Assembly (NCBI GenBank): GCA_900617105.1
Contig: UYFQ01000005.1
Location: 186,001 to 250,000, forward strand
Direction: 5' to 3'
Source of the DNA: Hydrurus foetidus
Taxonomy: Eukaryota
Length of the DNA stretch: 64,000 nucleotides
In this document: positions 9,368 through 18,560 of the stretch, one piece after another
Position numbering within the stretch: the first letter of the stretch is position 1
Layout: every line of letters starts with the position of its first letter
The notes under the pieces: generated by a model
What the model was told of the DNA's origin: nothing
The model's input: the letters and a program-made list of their open reading frames with translations, nothing else
Database searches by the model: none
Made by a program: the position numbers and the translations under genes

Positions 9368-10669
9368 TCATGCCGTGAACACCGTCAGCACTCCCGTGTA
9401 CCCGTACACCTGCTGCCGGGCGATCTCGCCACCGGCGAAGAAGCCCACCAGCGGCACATCGCCCAGGGCGCGGCGCACGGTTTGGAGTTCGGCGCTGGGG
9501 CCACCGAAATGCGGGCCACCGCGACCGGAGCAGCTGACGTAGATGGCACCGACGATGCGCTGGGCGGGTTGTAAGGGGAGTTGTCCTGTGGACTCTGTGG
9601 TTTTAGCCTCGCCCTGGGCAGCGGGCTCAGCCAAAACGGGTTGCGGGCTGAACGTCAATTCGGCAGGTTCCAGCTCTTCGCGGATTTCAGCGCAGATGCG
9701 GATCAAATCGGCTTTGGCGGCGGCGGCGTTGCGTTGGCAAAACGAGAGTTGATCGCCTTCGACCAGCATGTCAGCAATCGCGACACCTTTGCGCCGGGGG
9801 TCTAGGCCGATGATGTGGCGCACGCGGGTGTCAGCACCGAAATTACCGGTGCGCTTCACCGCATCGCTGCCCGCGCTGGTGATACCAACCAACGTAGCAC
9901 GCACGGCGGTCAAAGCTTGCTGGGGACGCTCTAAGGTCACGTTCAGGTCTTCCAGCAGCACGTCCAACGCGGGCTCACCGTCCAGCGTCAGCACCAAGTT
10001 GCCATCGGCTTCGGTGATGCGGCGCACCGGCACACCGGCCAAGGGTTGGCAGCCTTGGGTGACGCGCGACAGCATCGCCACACCATCGCTGAAGGCCACG
10101 CCGCTCAAACCGCCTTGGAACACACCCCGCGCTGCGCCCTGCCCTTTGATGTTGCCGTTGCCGCCCACGGCAAACTGCGCAGACACGGTGCGGCTGGCGG
10201 TCAAGCCGCCAAACAAGTAGCCAGTTTGGGTGCGCCCAGCCAGCTCCACAATCAGCTCGGCCATGTCGGGCGTGCTGGCATCGGCGTGAACCAGCGCGGT
10301 GTGGGCTTCAAAGCCCATGCCATCGCCCACCCCGAGCGGGGCCACGCCAGAGAACACGCGGTACTGGTCGCTGGGCAGGTCGCACAACATCACGGCCAGG
10401 GCAGGTTCGTCGAAATATTCGGCGTTGTTGACGGCCACACCCACGCCCACTGTGCCCGTCCAGTCCGTCACCTCGGGCAGCTCAGCGGCGAGGTAGTCCA
10501 AGATGTCTTGCGATGCCGGGGCGTAGTGGTCGGTGATGTAAAGCACCGCCAAGCCGGGCGCATCGGCGTACTCGGGCAAAGCCATTTGGGCGCGCAACTG
10601 GGCGAGCACCAACGCCCCCGCCATTTGCCATTGCGGGTGGGTGGCGTGGCCGTAGGGGAAGAGCTTCAT
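9368..10669 (-). CDS. FIST N/C domain signal-transduction protein
   Basis: GTVGVG, LFGGL, TQGCQP, YVSCSGRG, GFFAGGEI, YGYTGV. Confidence 0.85.
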   Translation of the reverse strand: MKLFPYGHATHPQWQMAGALVLAQLRAQMALPEYADAPGLAVLYITDHYAPASQDILDYLAAELPEVTDWTGTVGVGVAVNNAEYFDEPALAVMLCDLPSDQYRVFSGVAPLGVGDGMGFEAHTALVHADASTPDMAELIVELAGRTQTGYLFGGLTASRTVSAQFAVGGNGNIKGQGAARGVFQGGLSGVAFSDGVAMLSRVTQGCQPLAGVPVRRITEADGNLVLTLDGEPALDVLLEDLNVTLERPQQALTAVRATLVGITSAGSDAVKRTGNFGADTRVRHIIGLDPRRKGVAIADMLVEGDQLSFCQRNAAAAKADLIRICAEIREELEPAELTFSPQPVLAEPAAQGEAKTTESTGQLPLQPAQRIVGAIYVSCSGRGGPHFGGPSAELQTVRRALGDVPLVGFFAGGEIARQQVYGYTGVLTVFTA

Positions 10670-10712
10670 GCGACGAACTTAGAACTGAGGTTGGATGTAT
10701 CGGGTGGCTTTA

Positions 10713-11612
10713 TCAGGTGGCTTTTTTAGCGACCTTCTTCGCCGCTGTTTTCACCACCGCTTTCACTGGCGCTTTCACCACCGCTTTCACAGCTGCTTTT
10801 ACCGGGGCTTTCACAGCCGGTTTGACTGCTGGTTTCAGTGCTGTTTTTGCTATTTTTGAGGCTATTTTTTTCACTGGTGCGCTGACTGCTTCTACGCTGT
10901 CAGCTACGGTTTTAGTAGCAAGCGCAGACATATCGGTAGCGGCTTTGATCGCGTCTTTGGCCAGCGTTTCTTTGGCCAAGTTGGCCGCAGCGGCTTTCTC
11001 AGTCACATCTTGCATCACGGTGGTGGCAATCTGCTGAAACTGCTGGGTGAGCGCACCCCACCACTGCATGGGGTCGATTTTGCTGTCGGTGCTGGTGCTG
11101 GCGGCTTCATCAACTGCGGGTGCCACAACGGGTGGGGCAACAGGGGGCGAAGCAGGCGGTGGCGTGGGTGCAACGGCAGCGGGCGCCATAGCAGCAGCAA
11201 AGAACTGGGCCACAGGGTTGACTGGGCTTACAGGATTGACGACTGGGGCGGCAACGGGAGCTGCAACAGGCGCTGCAACAGGGGTTGTGGCTGTGTTCAA
11301 GGTAAAGGCTTTGGCCAAATCGCCCATGCTGACGTTCATGCCTTTGAGCGTGGCCAGCGTCATTTTTTGCACTTCCAGCGCCTGGATGGTGGCTTTCAAG
11401 GCCATGGCGTTTTGGTCGAGCCAAAACTGCACGGCTTTGAGTTCTTCAATGCGTTTGTCCAGGTCTTCCACGTTCATCGTGGGGGCCACCCAACCACCCA
11501 TATTGGGCAGTTGGGGGGTGGCGTTCGCAGAGGCTGCGGATTTGGTCAGATTTTGTAAAAAATCAAAACCCGGTACAAATTTACCAAAGCCAAAGTTTTC
11601 AGTGCTGCTCAT
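10713..11612 (-). CDS. phaM: PhaM-family PHA granule/nucleoid-associated protein
   Basis: LDKRIEELKAVQFWLDQN..LKATIQALEVQ; WWGALTQQFQQIA; Ala/Lys/Pro-rich histone-like tail. Confidence 0.75.
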   Translation of the reverse strand: MSSTENFGFGKFVPGFDFLQNLTKSAASANATPQLPNMGGWVAPTMNVEDLDKRIEELKAVQFWLDQNAMALKATIQALEVQKMTLATLKGMNVSMGDLAKAFTLNTATTPVAAPVAAPVAAPVVNPVSPVNPVAQFFAAAMAPAAVAPTPPPASPPVAPPVVAPAVDEAASTSTDSKIDPMQWWGALTQQFQQIATTVMQDVTEKAAAANLAKETLAKDAIKAATDMSALATKTVADSVEAVSAPVKKIASKIAKTALKPAVKPAVKAPVKAAVKAVVKAPVKAVVKTAAKKVAKKAT

Positions 11613-11693
11613 GGGTGTCTCCTGTCGTTATAAGGTGCAGAGGCTGACAGCTTAACCCAATGCAGCGCGGCGAGAACCTCGGTCAGTTTGTGG

Positions 11694-12173
11694 TCAATGG
11701 GCGGGCGCTTTCGCAGGCATGGCCCCGTTAGCGGCGGTGTTCACAGGCACTTTCAATTCCATGCGGCTTTCCACGCCCTTGGCATTTTTGAACACCAAGG
11801 TCATGGGCACCACGGTGTCTTTGAGCAGCGGCGCTTTCAAGTCCATCAGCATGACGTGGTAGCTGCCGGGGCGCAGCTCCACGGCCTTGCCCGCGGGCAA
11901 ATCCAGGCTGGGCAGGGCACGCATCTTCATGATGGCGCCGACCATCTTCATCTCATGCACCTCGGCGACACCTGCCACGGGTGTCGCCACGCCCACCAGC
12001 TGCAGGCTCTCTTTGGCGGTAAGCGTCATGAACGCACCCGTGGCCATTTGGCCAGGCACAGTAGCCCGCGCCCAGGCATCTTTGATCTCGACGGCTTGTG
12101 CAAAGGCTGTATTTGCAAACATAAAAATGGCTGTTGCGCTTGCAAATACAGCGTGAGTAGCTCTTAATTTCAT
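11694..12173 (-). CDS. Copper chaperone PCu(A)C
   Basis: Signal peptide, AWARAT, EVHEM..MKM, HVMLM. Confidence 0.88.
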   Translation of the reverse strand: MKLRATHAVFASATAIFMFANTAFAQAVEIKDAWARATVPGQMATGAFMTLTAKESLQLVGVATPVAGVAEVHEMKMVGAIMKMRALPSLDLPAGKAVELRPGSYHVMLMDLKAPLLKDTVVPMTLVFKNAKGVESRMELKVPVNTAANGAMPAKAPAH

Positions 12174-12211
12174 AGTAATTCTTTCAAAGTTGAACAATTC
12201 AGTGGAACGCT

Positions 12212-12763
12212 TCAATGGTGGGCATGCGGGTTGGCGCTGGGTTCGACTTGCAGCAGCGCCGCCGGGGATTTCATTCCTTGGGTGGACACGCCTTCAGCAG
12301 GCACCTGCACCCACTCGTTGCGGCCTTGGCGTGTGCCGTCGTCACAGGTTTGCACGATTTTGAACCACAACGGGCCAGCCGTGGCAGGCAAGGTGGCACG
12401 CAGGATGAATTCGCCGTAGTGGGCATCCGACAAAGCGGCTTCTTTGCTTTGGGCTGTCCAGCGGATCTCAGCCACGTCTTCAGCCACAGTTTTGCCGTGG
12501 CTGGTGTAGGGCGCAGCCAGCTTGTCGGTACGCACCGTCAAAGCCCAGCCGGGTTTGGGCATGGGCTTGGCGCCCTGCACGCCAGCAGGCATCTGCACAG
12601 CCATGCCCGTGGTGGGCAAGCCTTCGCAACCGTGGCTGACTTTGAAAACAGCGCGGTAGCTGCTGCCCGCAGGCGCTGCGGGTTGGTCGAGCACCACATG
12701 GGCGAATGTGCTTAATGAGCATGCCAGTAAAGCACTGGAAGCTATTAATTTGATAGTTTTCAT
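12212..12763 (-). CDS. YcnI/DUF1775 copper-binding protein
   Basis: Signal peptide ending AH, HGCEG, KPMPKPGW, QTC. Confidence 0.85.
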   Translation of the reverse strand: MKTIKLIASSALLACSLSTFAHVVLDQPAAPAGSSYRAVFKVSHGCEGLPTTGMAVQMPAGVQGAKPMPKPGWALTVRTDKLAAPYTSHGKTVAEDVAEIRWTAQSKEAALSDAHYGEFILRATLPATAGPLWFKIVQTCDDGTRQGRNEWVQVPAEGVSTQGMKSPAALLQVEPSANPHAHH

Positions 12764-12789
12764 GGTGTTTATCGCGCTTGTATCGTGTT

Positions 12790-15162
12790 TTAGAGGTCGA
12801 ACTTCAACTCAGCCACCAAGGTGCGCTGGGTGTAGGGGTGGAAGGCCCAGTATTTGGCGTTGTTCAGGTTATCGATGCCCACGCTCGCCGTCCACTGTTT
12901 GGCGATGCGGTAACGCGCCCGCACGTCGGCCACGAGGTAGCTGCTGACACCTTGGTAGGTCACGCCGTTGGTGTCACTGTTATCGAGTTGGCCAAACTGC
13001 GTGCCGCTGTAGCGCAGGCCGAAGGTGGTGCTCCAAGTTTCGGTGGGCTTGTAGGTGGCAACGAAGCTGGCACGCCAGTCGGGCACGCGGGGGGCGCGTT
13101 TCCCCACGCTGGCGGGGTTTTTGGCGTTGGCGGTGATTTTGGCGTCGGCGTAGGTCAGGCTGCTGCTGAGGTCGAGTCCCTTCACTCCCCACGTTGCGCC
13201 CACGTCAGAAGCCGAATACGCCAACTCCAGCCCTACCGTGCGGATGCGGTCAATGTTCTGGATGTTGGTGACGGTGGGCAACACGCTCACGTTGGTCTGC
13301 GAATACAGCGCGTCACGGGTGTCCTCGTGGAACAGCGTGGCACGCACCGAACCCATGCTCAAACCCTGGGACACATCACGCTCGGCGCTGAATTCGGTTG
13401 ACCACGAGCGCTCGGGCTTCAGGTTGGGGTCGTTGTTGACGATGGCGTTCGCCGTCACCGTGCCCTGGTACAGCTCAGCCACGGTAGGCATGCGCACAGC
13501 ACGGCCGGTGGCGGCTTTCAAGGCCCACACGGGGGTCAGCTGGTGGGCGATGGCGGCTTTGGGTGAGAAGTGCGTCTCTTTGCGTTCTGCCAAACCCAGC
13601 AGGCTGGTGGCGCTGCCCAACTCACCGCCATAGGCACGCCATTGCTCCAAGCGCCCTCCCAGCGTGGTGTTCCAGTCGCGGGCTATCCTCCAGCTGTCTT
13701 GGGCGTACAGGCTTTGCAGGCTGGTGTTGCCGTTGAAGACGGAAACACGGGCAGCGGGCGCACCGCTGATCCAGTCACCGGTGTCGGATACCGTGGTGCG
13801 CAGCTGGTAAGCCTCGCGCTGGTAGCCAAAATCGACCACGTGGGCGCGGGTGGTTGCCACGTCGGGCCGCCATGTGCCTTTGAGGGCCAGGGTGTTCCAA
13901 CCTGTGCCCGCCATGTCCGTGGTACGGCCTGCACCGCCGTTCAGTGCAGCAGGCAGGGCGACGGTGGGGGCACGGGCTTCGTCTTTGGCGTAGTTGTAAA
14001 GGCTGGCAGCGACTTCATAGTCAAACACGCCTTTGGTGTTTGATTTGACGCTCAGGCCGTGGATGACGTGTTCCAGCCGGGCACGGTTGGTAGAAATATC
14101 GGTGTTCGCCAAGGTGTATTGGCGACCATTGATGTTGACGTTGCCGCTGTACACAGGCTTACCTCCCCCGTTAACTGTGGCGTCGCGCAGGTAGCTAGTC
14201 CCCGTGCTGGTGGCGGTGTTGCCCCACCAGCCCAAGGTGTAGCTGGCCCGCACGGTGGACGAGAAGTCATAGGCCACCTTCGCCTTCACATGCTCTTGCA
14301 CGGTGTGGTATTGGGTGGTGGAGCCCAGCACCAGCCAGTCGGCGTTCTGCGGGTTTTTGTCCACAATCGCCCCAGTGACAGGCGTGCCAGCGGCGCTGAC
14401 GGTGCCCGCGCTCACCAGTTTGGCCGGGAAGACCAGGGGCTGGCCATGGCTGTCGAGGCGGTTCACGTTCAAAAACCACGACCAGTCGCCGCTTTTGTTG
14501 CCCAAAGAAGCACTGGCCTGGTTGCCAGAAAAATGGCCGTTGCTGCCGTACTGCGAAAAATTCGAGCTGGCAAAGCCTACCTTGGCGTGCGCCTCAAACT
14601 GGGTGGGCATGCGGGTTTGGAAATCCACCACCGCACCGACAGAGTTGCCCGAGTACGCGGCGGAATACGGGCCGTAAAGCACATCCACCCGCTCGATCTC
14701 TTCCGGCGTGACCAAGCCCCAGCGTGGCGTGTAGTTGGCCCCGTTGCCCAGCAAATTCGCCAGCGGAATGCCATCGGCGTAGACCAGCGAGCGGGCACTG
14801 CGGTCGGTGCCCGTGGCGCGGGAAGCCAGCACGGCGTGGTTGTAATCGCCGATGTAGCGTTTGCGCACATTCAAACTGGGCAGGTACTTGAGCGCGTCTT
14901 CAGCGTCGGTAGCGTTAACGGTTTGCTCGATCTGCACCCCGGTGATGCCCTCGATGGTGGTGGGAATCTGCGCGGGCAACGAGGTGGGGCGGCCACTGGT
15001 GACGGTGACGCTTCCCAGGCTTTTGACGGGCGCATCAGCCGAAGGTGTGGATGGGGAGGCGGATGTTGTGGTCTGCGCGTGGGCTGCAGACGAGAAAACG
15101 ACAAAAGGAAAGGCCAAGGCCACATCAACAAAGATGGCCACGGCAACACGGTTCTTCCGCAT
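12790..15162 (-). CDS. TonB-dependent outer membrane receptor, probably copper-related
   Basis: Plug (ERVDVLYGP..GAVV), beta-barrel, NPNLKPE-like motif, C-term KFDL; operon context. Confidence 0.88.
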   Translation of the reverse strand: MRKNRVAVAIFVDVALAFPFVVFSSAAHAQTTTSASPSTPSADAPVKSLGSVTVTSGRPTSLPAQIPTTIEGITGVQIEQTVNATDAEDALKYLPSLNVRKRYIGDYNHAVLASRATGTDRSARSLVYADGIPLANLLGNGANYTPRWGLVTPEEIERVDVLYGPYSAAYSGNSVGAVVDFQTRMPTQFEAHAKVGFASSNFSQYGSNGHFSGNQASASLGNKSGDWSWFLNVNRLDSHGQPLVFPAKLVSAGTVSAAGTPVTGAIVDKNPQNADWLVLGSTTQYHTVQEHVKAKVAYDFSSTVRASYTLGWWGNTATSTGTSYLRDATVNGGGKPVYSGNVNINGRQYTLANTDISTNRARLEHVIHGLSVKSNTKGVFDYEVAASLYNYAKDEARAPTVALPAALNGGAGRTTDMAGTGWNTLALKGTWRPDVATTRAHVVDFGYQREAYQLRTTVSDTGDWISGAPAARVSVFNGNTSLQSLYAQDSWRIARDWNTTLGGRLEQWRAYGGELGSATSLLGLAERKETHFSPKAAIAHQLTPVWALKAATGRAVRMPTVAELYQGTVTANAIVNNDPNLKPERSWSTEFSAERDVSQGLSMGSVRATLFHEDTRDALYSQTNVSVLPTVTNIQNIDRIRTVGLELAYSASDVGATWGVKGLDLSSSLTYADAKITANAKNPASVGKRAPRVPDWRASFVATYKPTETWSTTFGLRYSGTQFGQLDNSDTNGVTYQGVSSYLVADVRARYRIAKQWTASVGIDNLNNAKYWAFHPYTQRTLVAELKFDL

Positions 15163-15239
15163 GGGGAAACTCCAAAATCTAAAAGAAATAAGCCTCTGCT
15201 GCACACGGGATGTGCAGGAGGCGCTATCAATTCAATAGT

Positions 15240-15617
15240 TCAGGAGAAAACCGGTGGCCCACGGCCCGGAGGCGGGGCCGCCGTGCGGGCCGCAATGATG
15301 GCGCTAGGCAGGCTGCCCAGTGCATAAGACAGCGGCTGAAAAGGCTCAGCCGTGTATTTGACGGTAGGAGGTGGTGCGCCAATGGCCGCGCACATAGGGC
15401 AATCCAGCGTGTGGCTGACACCTGTGCCCGAAGCCTCTTTGACCCCATCGTCCGTTTTGATGAGCACCTTCATGCCGCCCGAGCCTGAGCAAATCAGCTC
15501 AACCGCCTGCGGGTTGACCATCGGGGAGGCCACTGCAACACCAATGGCCAGCATGAACCACACGAGCATCAGACGTGCGATGTGGTGGGCTTGGCGCAGG
15601 GATTGCAGGGGAGACAT
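15240..15617 (-). CDS. DUF2946 family CruR-like leader (TM helix, CxxC, C-terminal RGPP)
   Basis: ELICS..LDCPMC..PPPGRGPPVFS directly upstream of the TBDR. Confidence 0.8.
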   Translation of the reverse strand: MSPLQSLRQAHHIARLMLVWFMLAIGVAVASPMVNPQAVELICSGSGGMKVLIKTDDGVKEASGTGVSHTLDCPMCAAIGAPPPTVKYTAEPFQPLSYALGSLPSAIIAARTAAPPPGRGPPVFS

Positions 15618-15663
15618 GGTATGAATTATCGCCGGGTTTACCCGCGTGGTCGTTGTTCAAACA

Positions 15664-16038
15664 TCACGGGCTCAGCAAGGTGTACGGCACACGCACCCCC
15701 GGCGTATCAGCGGCGAAATCCTTGGTGTTGCGCGTCACCAGCAGCCGTCCATGCACCTGTGCGGTGGCCCAAATGATGGCATCGGGCAGCTTGATTTTGT
15801 GCTGTCGGCGCAACTGGACCGCGGCCTCGCTGACTTTGCTGTCGATGGCGAGGTGTTGGAAGCTGTTTAAAAACTGCCTCACCGGCCCTTCCGTCTCGGA
15901 GGTTTCACCCACCAGCACTTCCATCACCGTGATGATGCTGATGGCTTTATCGGCAGTGCTGTCCATTTCTGCTTTGGCCGCCAGCACGCCGTTCAGGTAG
16001 TCCACCAAAATGTTGGTGTCAAACAGCGCTTTCACCAT
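15664..16038 (-). CDS. vapC: VapC PIN-domain toxin
   Basis: LFDTNILVD, EVLVG, LPDAIIWATA, LVTRNTKDF. Confidence 0.9.
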   Translation of the reverse strand: MVKALFDTNILVDYLNGVLAAKAEMDSTADKAISIITVMEVLVGETSETEGPVRQFLNSFQHLAIDSKVSEAAVQLRRQHKIKLPDAIIWATAQVHGRLLVTRNTKDFAADTPGVRVPYTLLSP

Positions 16039-16244
16039 TCGGAGCGCACCTTGTCTTGGTAGGCCATGCCATCGGTATGACGGTCTTTCCACAGGCCAAA
16101 GGCTTGGTCTGGCGCGGGCTTGTGCAGGGCGATGTAGGACGTGATGGCTTGGCGCACCAATTCTGCCCGCGAAATTTTTTGGGCATGGCAAATGGTTTTC
16201 AGCACTTCGATTTGAACATCAGGGATATCAACGAGAGATCGCAT
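16032..16244 (-). CDS. vapB: RHH/CopG antitoxin
   Basis: SRAELVRQAI, AFGLW, R.EW; overlaps the vapC start. Confidence 0.85.
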   Translation of the reverse strand: MRSLVDIPDVQIEVLKTICHAQKISRAELVRQAITSYIALHKPAPDQAFGLWKDRHTDGMAYQDKVRSEW

Positions 16245-16345
16245 GGCGGCTTCCTTTGCTTGATGATATCAAAATTTGATATCAAACTGCATCTCATAAA
16301 CAAGGCGCAATGAAGCCACACACCATTGGAATCAACGGACTGACA
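16115..16345 (+). repeat. Direct repeat copy 1 (vapB plus promoter); copy 2 at 21697-21857
   Basis: Manual alignment; shared blocks include CGGGCTTGTGCAGGGCGAT, TTCTGCCCGCGAAATTTTTTGGGC, AATGAAGCCAC, GGACTGACA. Confidence 0.85.
16264..16284. promoter_or_regulatory. Probable vapBC operator
   Basis: Perfect 10-bp inverted repeat TGATATCAAA-A-TTTGATATCA 20 bp upstream of vapB. Confidence 0.65.
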
Positions 16346-16350
16346 CAATA

Positions 16351-16438
16351 GTTCAACGCCACAGGTAAGCCGCACCGGAGTGCGAAGCGCGGAGGCATTA
16401 TGTTGCGATTGATTGTTGAAGGCATGCTGTGGTTAAGC
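16351..16438 (-). other. attC site (degenerate)
   Basis: R'' GCTTAAC overlapping the cassette stop and R' GTTGAAC; L boxes pair poorly. Confidence 0.55.
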
Positions 16439-17119
16439 ACGATTTAGTCCAAGAGCGTCGCGAATGGCTTCATTGTCTGGCCAGCTTCGATGAAGCAGCC
16501 ACCAAACGCCGGCTTGGCCAATAGCCCGGCCAATAGCGCCAATGCCTTGAAGATGGGTTTGGCAAAGAGATACCACTGCCGATTCTTCCTCTGGCGTAGC
16601 TTGATGTCCATGAGTTTCTAGAGACAAGAAGCGATAGAAGACGGTATAGATATCCAAGACATCGGCCTCCTTGGCTTGTTCCTCAATATTCTTTCGCTTC
16701 GGAATATTCTTCATCTGCGCAGACTCAAGAAACTCTTTAGAAGCGTCTTTGCCCGTGTGCTTGTTTTTGACCTTGGCTTTTCCTGCCATGAGGTTCATTT
16801 TCAGTGCTTTTGCAAGTTCTGACTTGGCTGCGCCTAGATAAGCATGTGCGTTTTCTATAGACCTTACTGCCCAGAGCGATGTGATTAGTTGCTCAAGCAG
16901 AGAACGCGCGATGATGCCAAGGCAAGCCGAATTCAGATCAGTGCCAAGTGCAGCGGTTCCGCGAATAAGTTCCGCCGCTCGACGCATCTGTTGGCGGACG
17001 ACTTCGTCGCGGGGATCGGGTTGGTCCGCTGCTTCAATCTTAGATGCCTCGATGAGTCGAGATGCATCTTCGCGCATTGCCTGAACAAGTTCATCTAGGG
17101 TGGGAGTTGCTGTGGACAT
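16433..17119 (-). CDS. Cassette ORF, DUF5677-like helical protein (possible HEPN-like)
   Basis: ARSLLE and Y..LS..TH motifs; bounded by attC sites. Confidence 0.55.
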   Translation of the reverse strand: MSTATPTLDELVQAMREDASRLIEASKIEAADQPDPRDEVVRQQMRRAAELIRGTAALGTDLNSACLGIIARSLLEQLITSLWAVRSIENAHAYLGAAKSELAKALKMNLMAGKAKVKNKHTGKDASKEFLESAQMKNIPKRKNIEEQAKEADVLDIYTVFYRFLSLETHGHQATPEEESAVVSLCQTHLQGIGAIGRAIGQAGVWWLLHRSWPDNEAIRDALGLNRA

Positions 17120-17129
17120 GAGCAAAAAA

Positions 17130-17204
17130 TCCTAACGACAAGGTAATGGACAAAGTGCGCAGCACTTTGTCCAGCCGCAGGCGACATTGACCGCCTTGTT
17201 TTGC
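17130..17204 (-). other. attC site (canonical architecture)
   Basis: R'' GCAAAAC, 5 bp, L'' GGTCAATG (extra C) ... L' CATTACC, 5 bp, R' GTTAGGA; internal hairpin GGACAAAGTG/CACTTTGTCC. Confidence 0.85.
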
Positions 17205-17220
17205 TTTTTCAATTTATGCC

Positions 17221-17631
17221 TCATGGCGAAACAAAAATATCGGTAATATCTTTTCCGAGACCGAATCTTGACTCGCTTATTATTATTCTATTGTTGACTT
17301 TTAAGTGAGCTATATCTTTTTTAGGAAAGAGTAGTGCCTTTTCGATATAACCATCTTTAACTATTACCAATAAAAAACCATCCATACTTTCAACTTTTGC
17401 TTTATTTAAAGTGCACTGATAAGACTTGCTGTTTGAATTTCTTGACTTAACTTCAATTTTCCCATATTTCTTTGATATAACATCAAAGCCTTTCTGGCAA
17501 TTTTCTGCTAATTCGCCTTCAAGTTTTTTTGCAACTAATTTTTCAATATATTCACCCGTTACACGAGATACACTTCGAAATCCATTTTTCGACAATAATT
17601 TAATTGCTTGTGCAATTTCATCTTTAATCAT
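17221..17631 (-). CDS. Cassette ORF, small PD-(D/E)XK nuclease-like protein
   Basis: GEYIE...KGFDV...IEVKSR; AT-rich. Confidence 0.6.
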   Translation of the reverse strand: MIKDEIAQAIKLLSKNGFRSVSRVTGEYIEKLVAKKLEGELAENCQKGFDVISKKYGKIEVKSRNSNSKSYQCTLNKAKVESMDGFLLVIVKDGYIEKALLFPKKDIAHLKVNNRIIISESRFGLGKDITDIFVSP

Positions 17632-17670
17632 TTCGATGTTCCCGAAGCTGGCTCTAAAGCATAACGTAAT

Positions 17671-18411
17671 TTATGTTTCATTGTTGATGAGTTGTTTGAG
17701 CTGCGAAATAGTGAGCCACGGCCTTGAACGATGAAGTATTTTATGGCAGTTGGAACACACCATTGCCATGTCAGAAATTTTAGTTTTTTGAGATTGCAGC
17801 ATTTCACAAACGGGAATTGTATGGTGAGCCTCAATATAGTTAAGCCCTCTTTCACCATAAGTTTTATGAAAATCAAAATTGCAGACCTCGCAAAAAAGGC
17901 GTTTATTTTTACTTATAAATTGCTCTTTTGCTTGTGAAATTAATGCTGAATTACGTTCCCGTGCGGTGTGTTTTCTTTCAACTATTTTTCCCTCGGGAAA
18001 ACCTTCTTCAGTTCTCTCGTTGTTTTTGAAGTCAAGGCCTTCAATAGCTAAGAACCAGAACTTTCTCTTTTTGTTGTATGGTATAGCTCCCAAACTGTTG
18101 CAATACTCAATATACTTTGAATCTAAATTATCATCCTTAACTAGCTTGCCAAGCAATTTGGTAATTGCAGGATTGGTTTCTTTTCCATCTTTCTCACGTT
18201 GCACGTGTAACTGCATTGTGTTTTTGGAATAGCCAATATAACGGCTGGTAGCGAAACGTAGTTCCTTACCGATTCTATATGCGATAAAGCAATTTCCCTT
18301 CCGTATTAGTTCTGAACAGAATATTTGCTCATCACTCGTGCCCTCGCACAAGTAATCTTCAAATAATTTTAAATTTTCTTCTATTTCATTTTTTGTTGTT
18401 ACTGTGGACAT
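17671..18411 (-). CDS. Cassette ORF, McrA-like HNH endonuclease
   Basis: FPEG..RERN, CEVC, IEAHH, VCSNCHKILH. Confidence 0.85.
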   Translation of the reverse strand: MSTVTTKNEIEENLKLFEDYLCEGTSDEQIFCSELIRKGNCFIAYRIGKELRFATSRYIGYSKNTMQLHVQREKDGKETNPAITKLLGKLVKDDNLDSKYIEYCNSLGAIPYNKKRKFWFLAIEGLDFKNNERTEEGFPEGKIVERKHTARERNSALISQAKEQFISKNKRLFCEVCNFDFHKTYGERGLNYIEAHHTIPVCEMLQSQKTKISDMAMVCSNCHKILHRSRPWLTISQLKQLINNET

Positions 18412-18430
18412 GTGTCGATCTCAAGATGGA

Positions 18431-18552
18431 ATATAACGCTAAGTTCAATGGCAATTTGTAAGTCGTGAATTTGTGGATTATTTTTGCGAAGCAAAACCAC
18501 AAAGACGCGACTTACAAACTGTCCAGTGCCGAAGGCGCGTGTTGCAACGCCT
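18431..18552 (-). other. attC site lacking its R'' box
   Basis: L'' GTTGCAAC, L' ATTGAAC, R' GTTATAT; long internal stem TTTGTAAGTCG/CGACTTACAAA; R'' position occupied by REP-flanked element. Confidence 0.75.
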
Positions 18553-18560
18553 CAGATGCC

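Noticed and set aside
10735..10840. 12-bp periodic repeats
   Set aside because: Explained by the AVK/APVK low-complexity tail of PhaM
14059..15327. Long antisense or alternate-frame ORFs (e.g. 14059-15327, 36952-37953, 53409-54800, 63066-63956)
   Set aside because: Shadows of real genes caused by high-GC codon bias; no recognisable motifs
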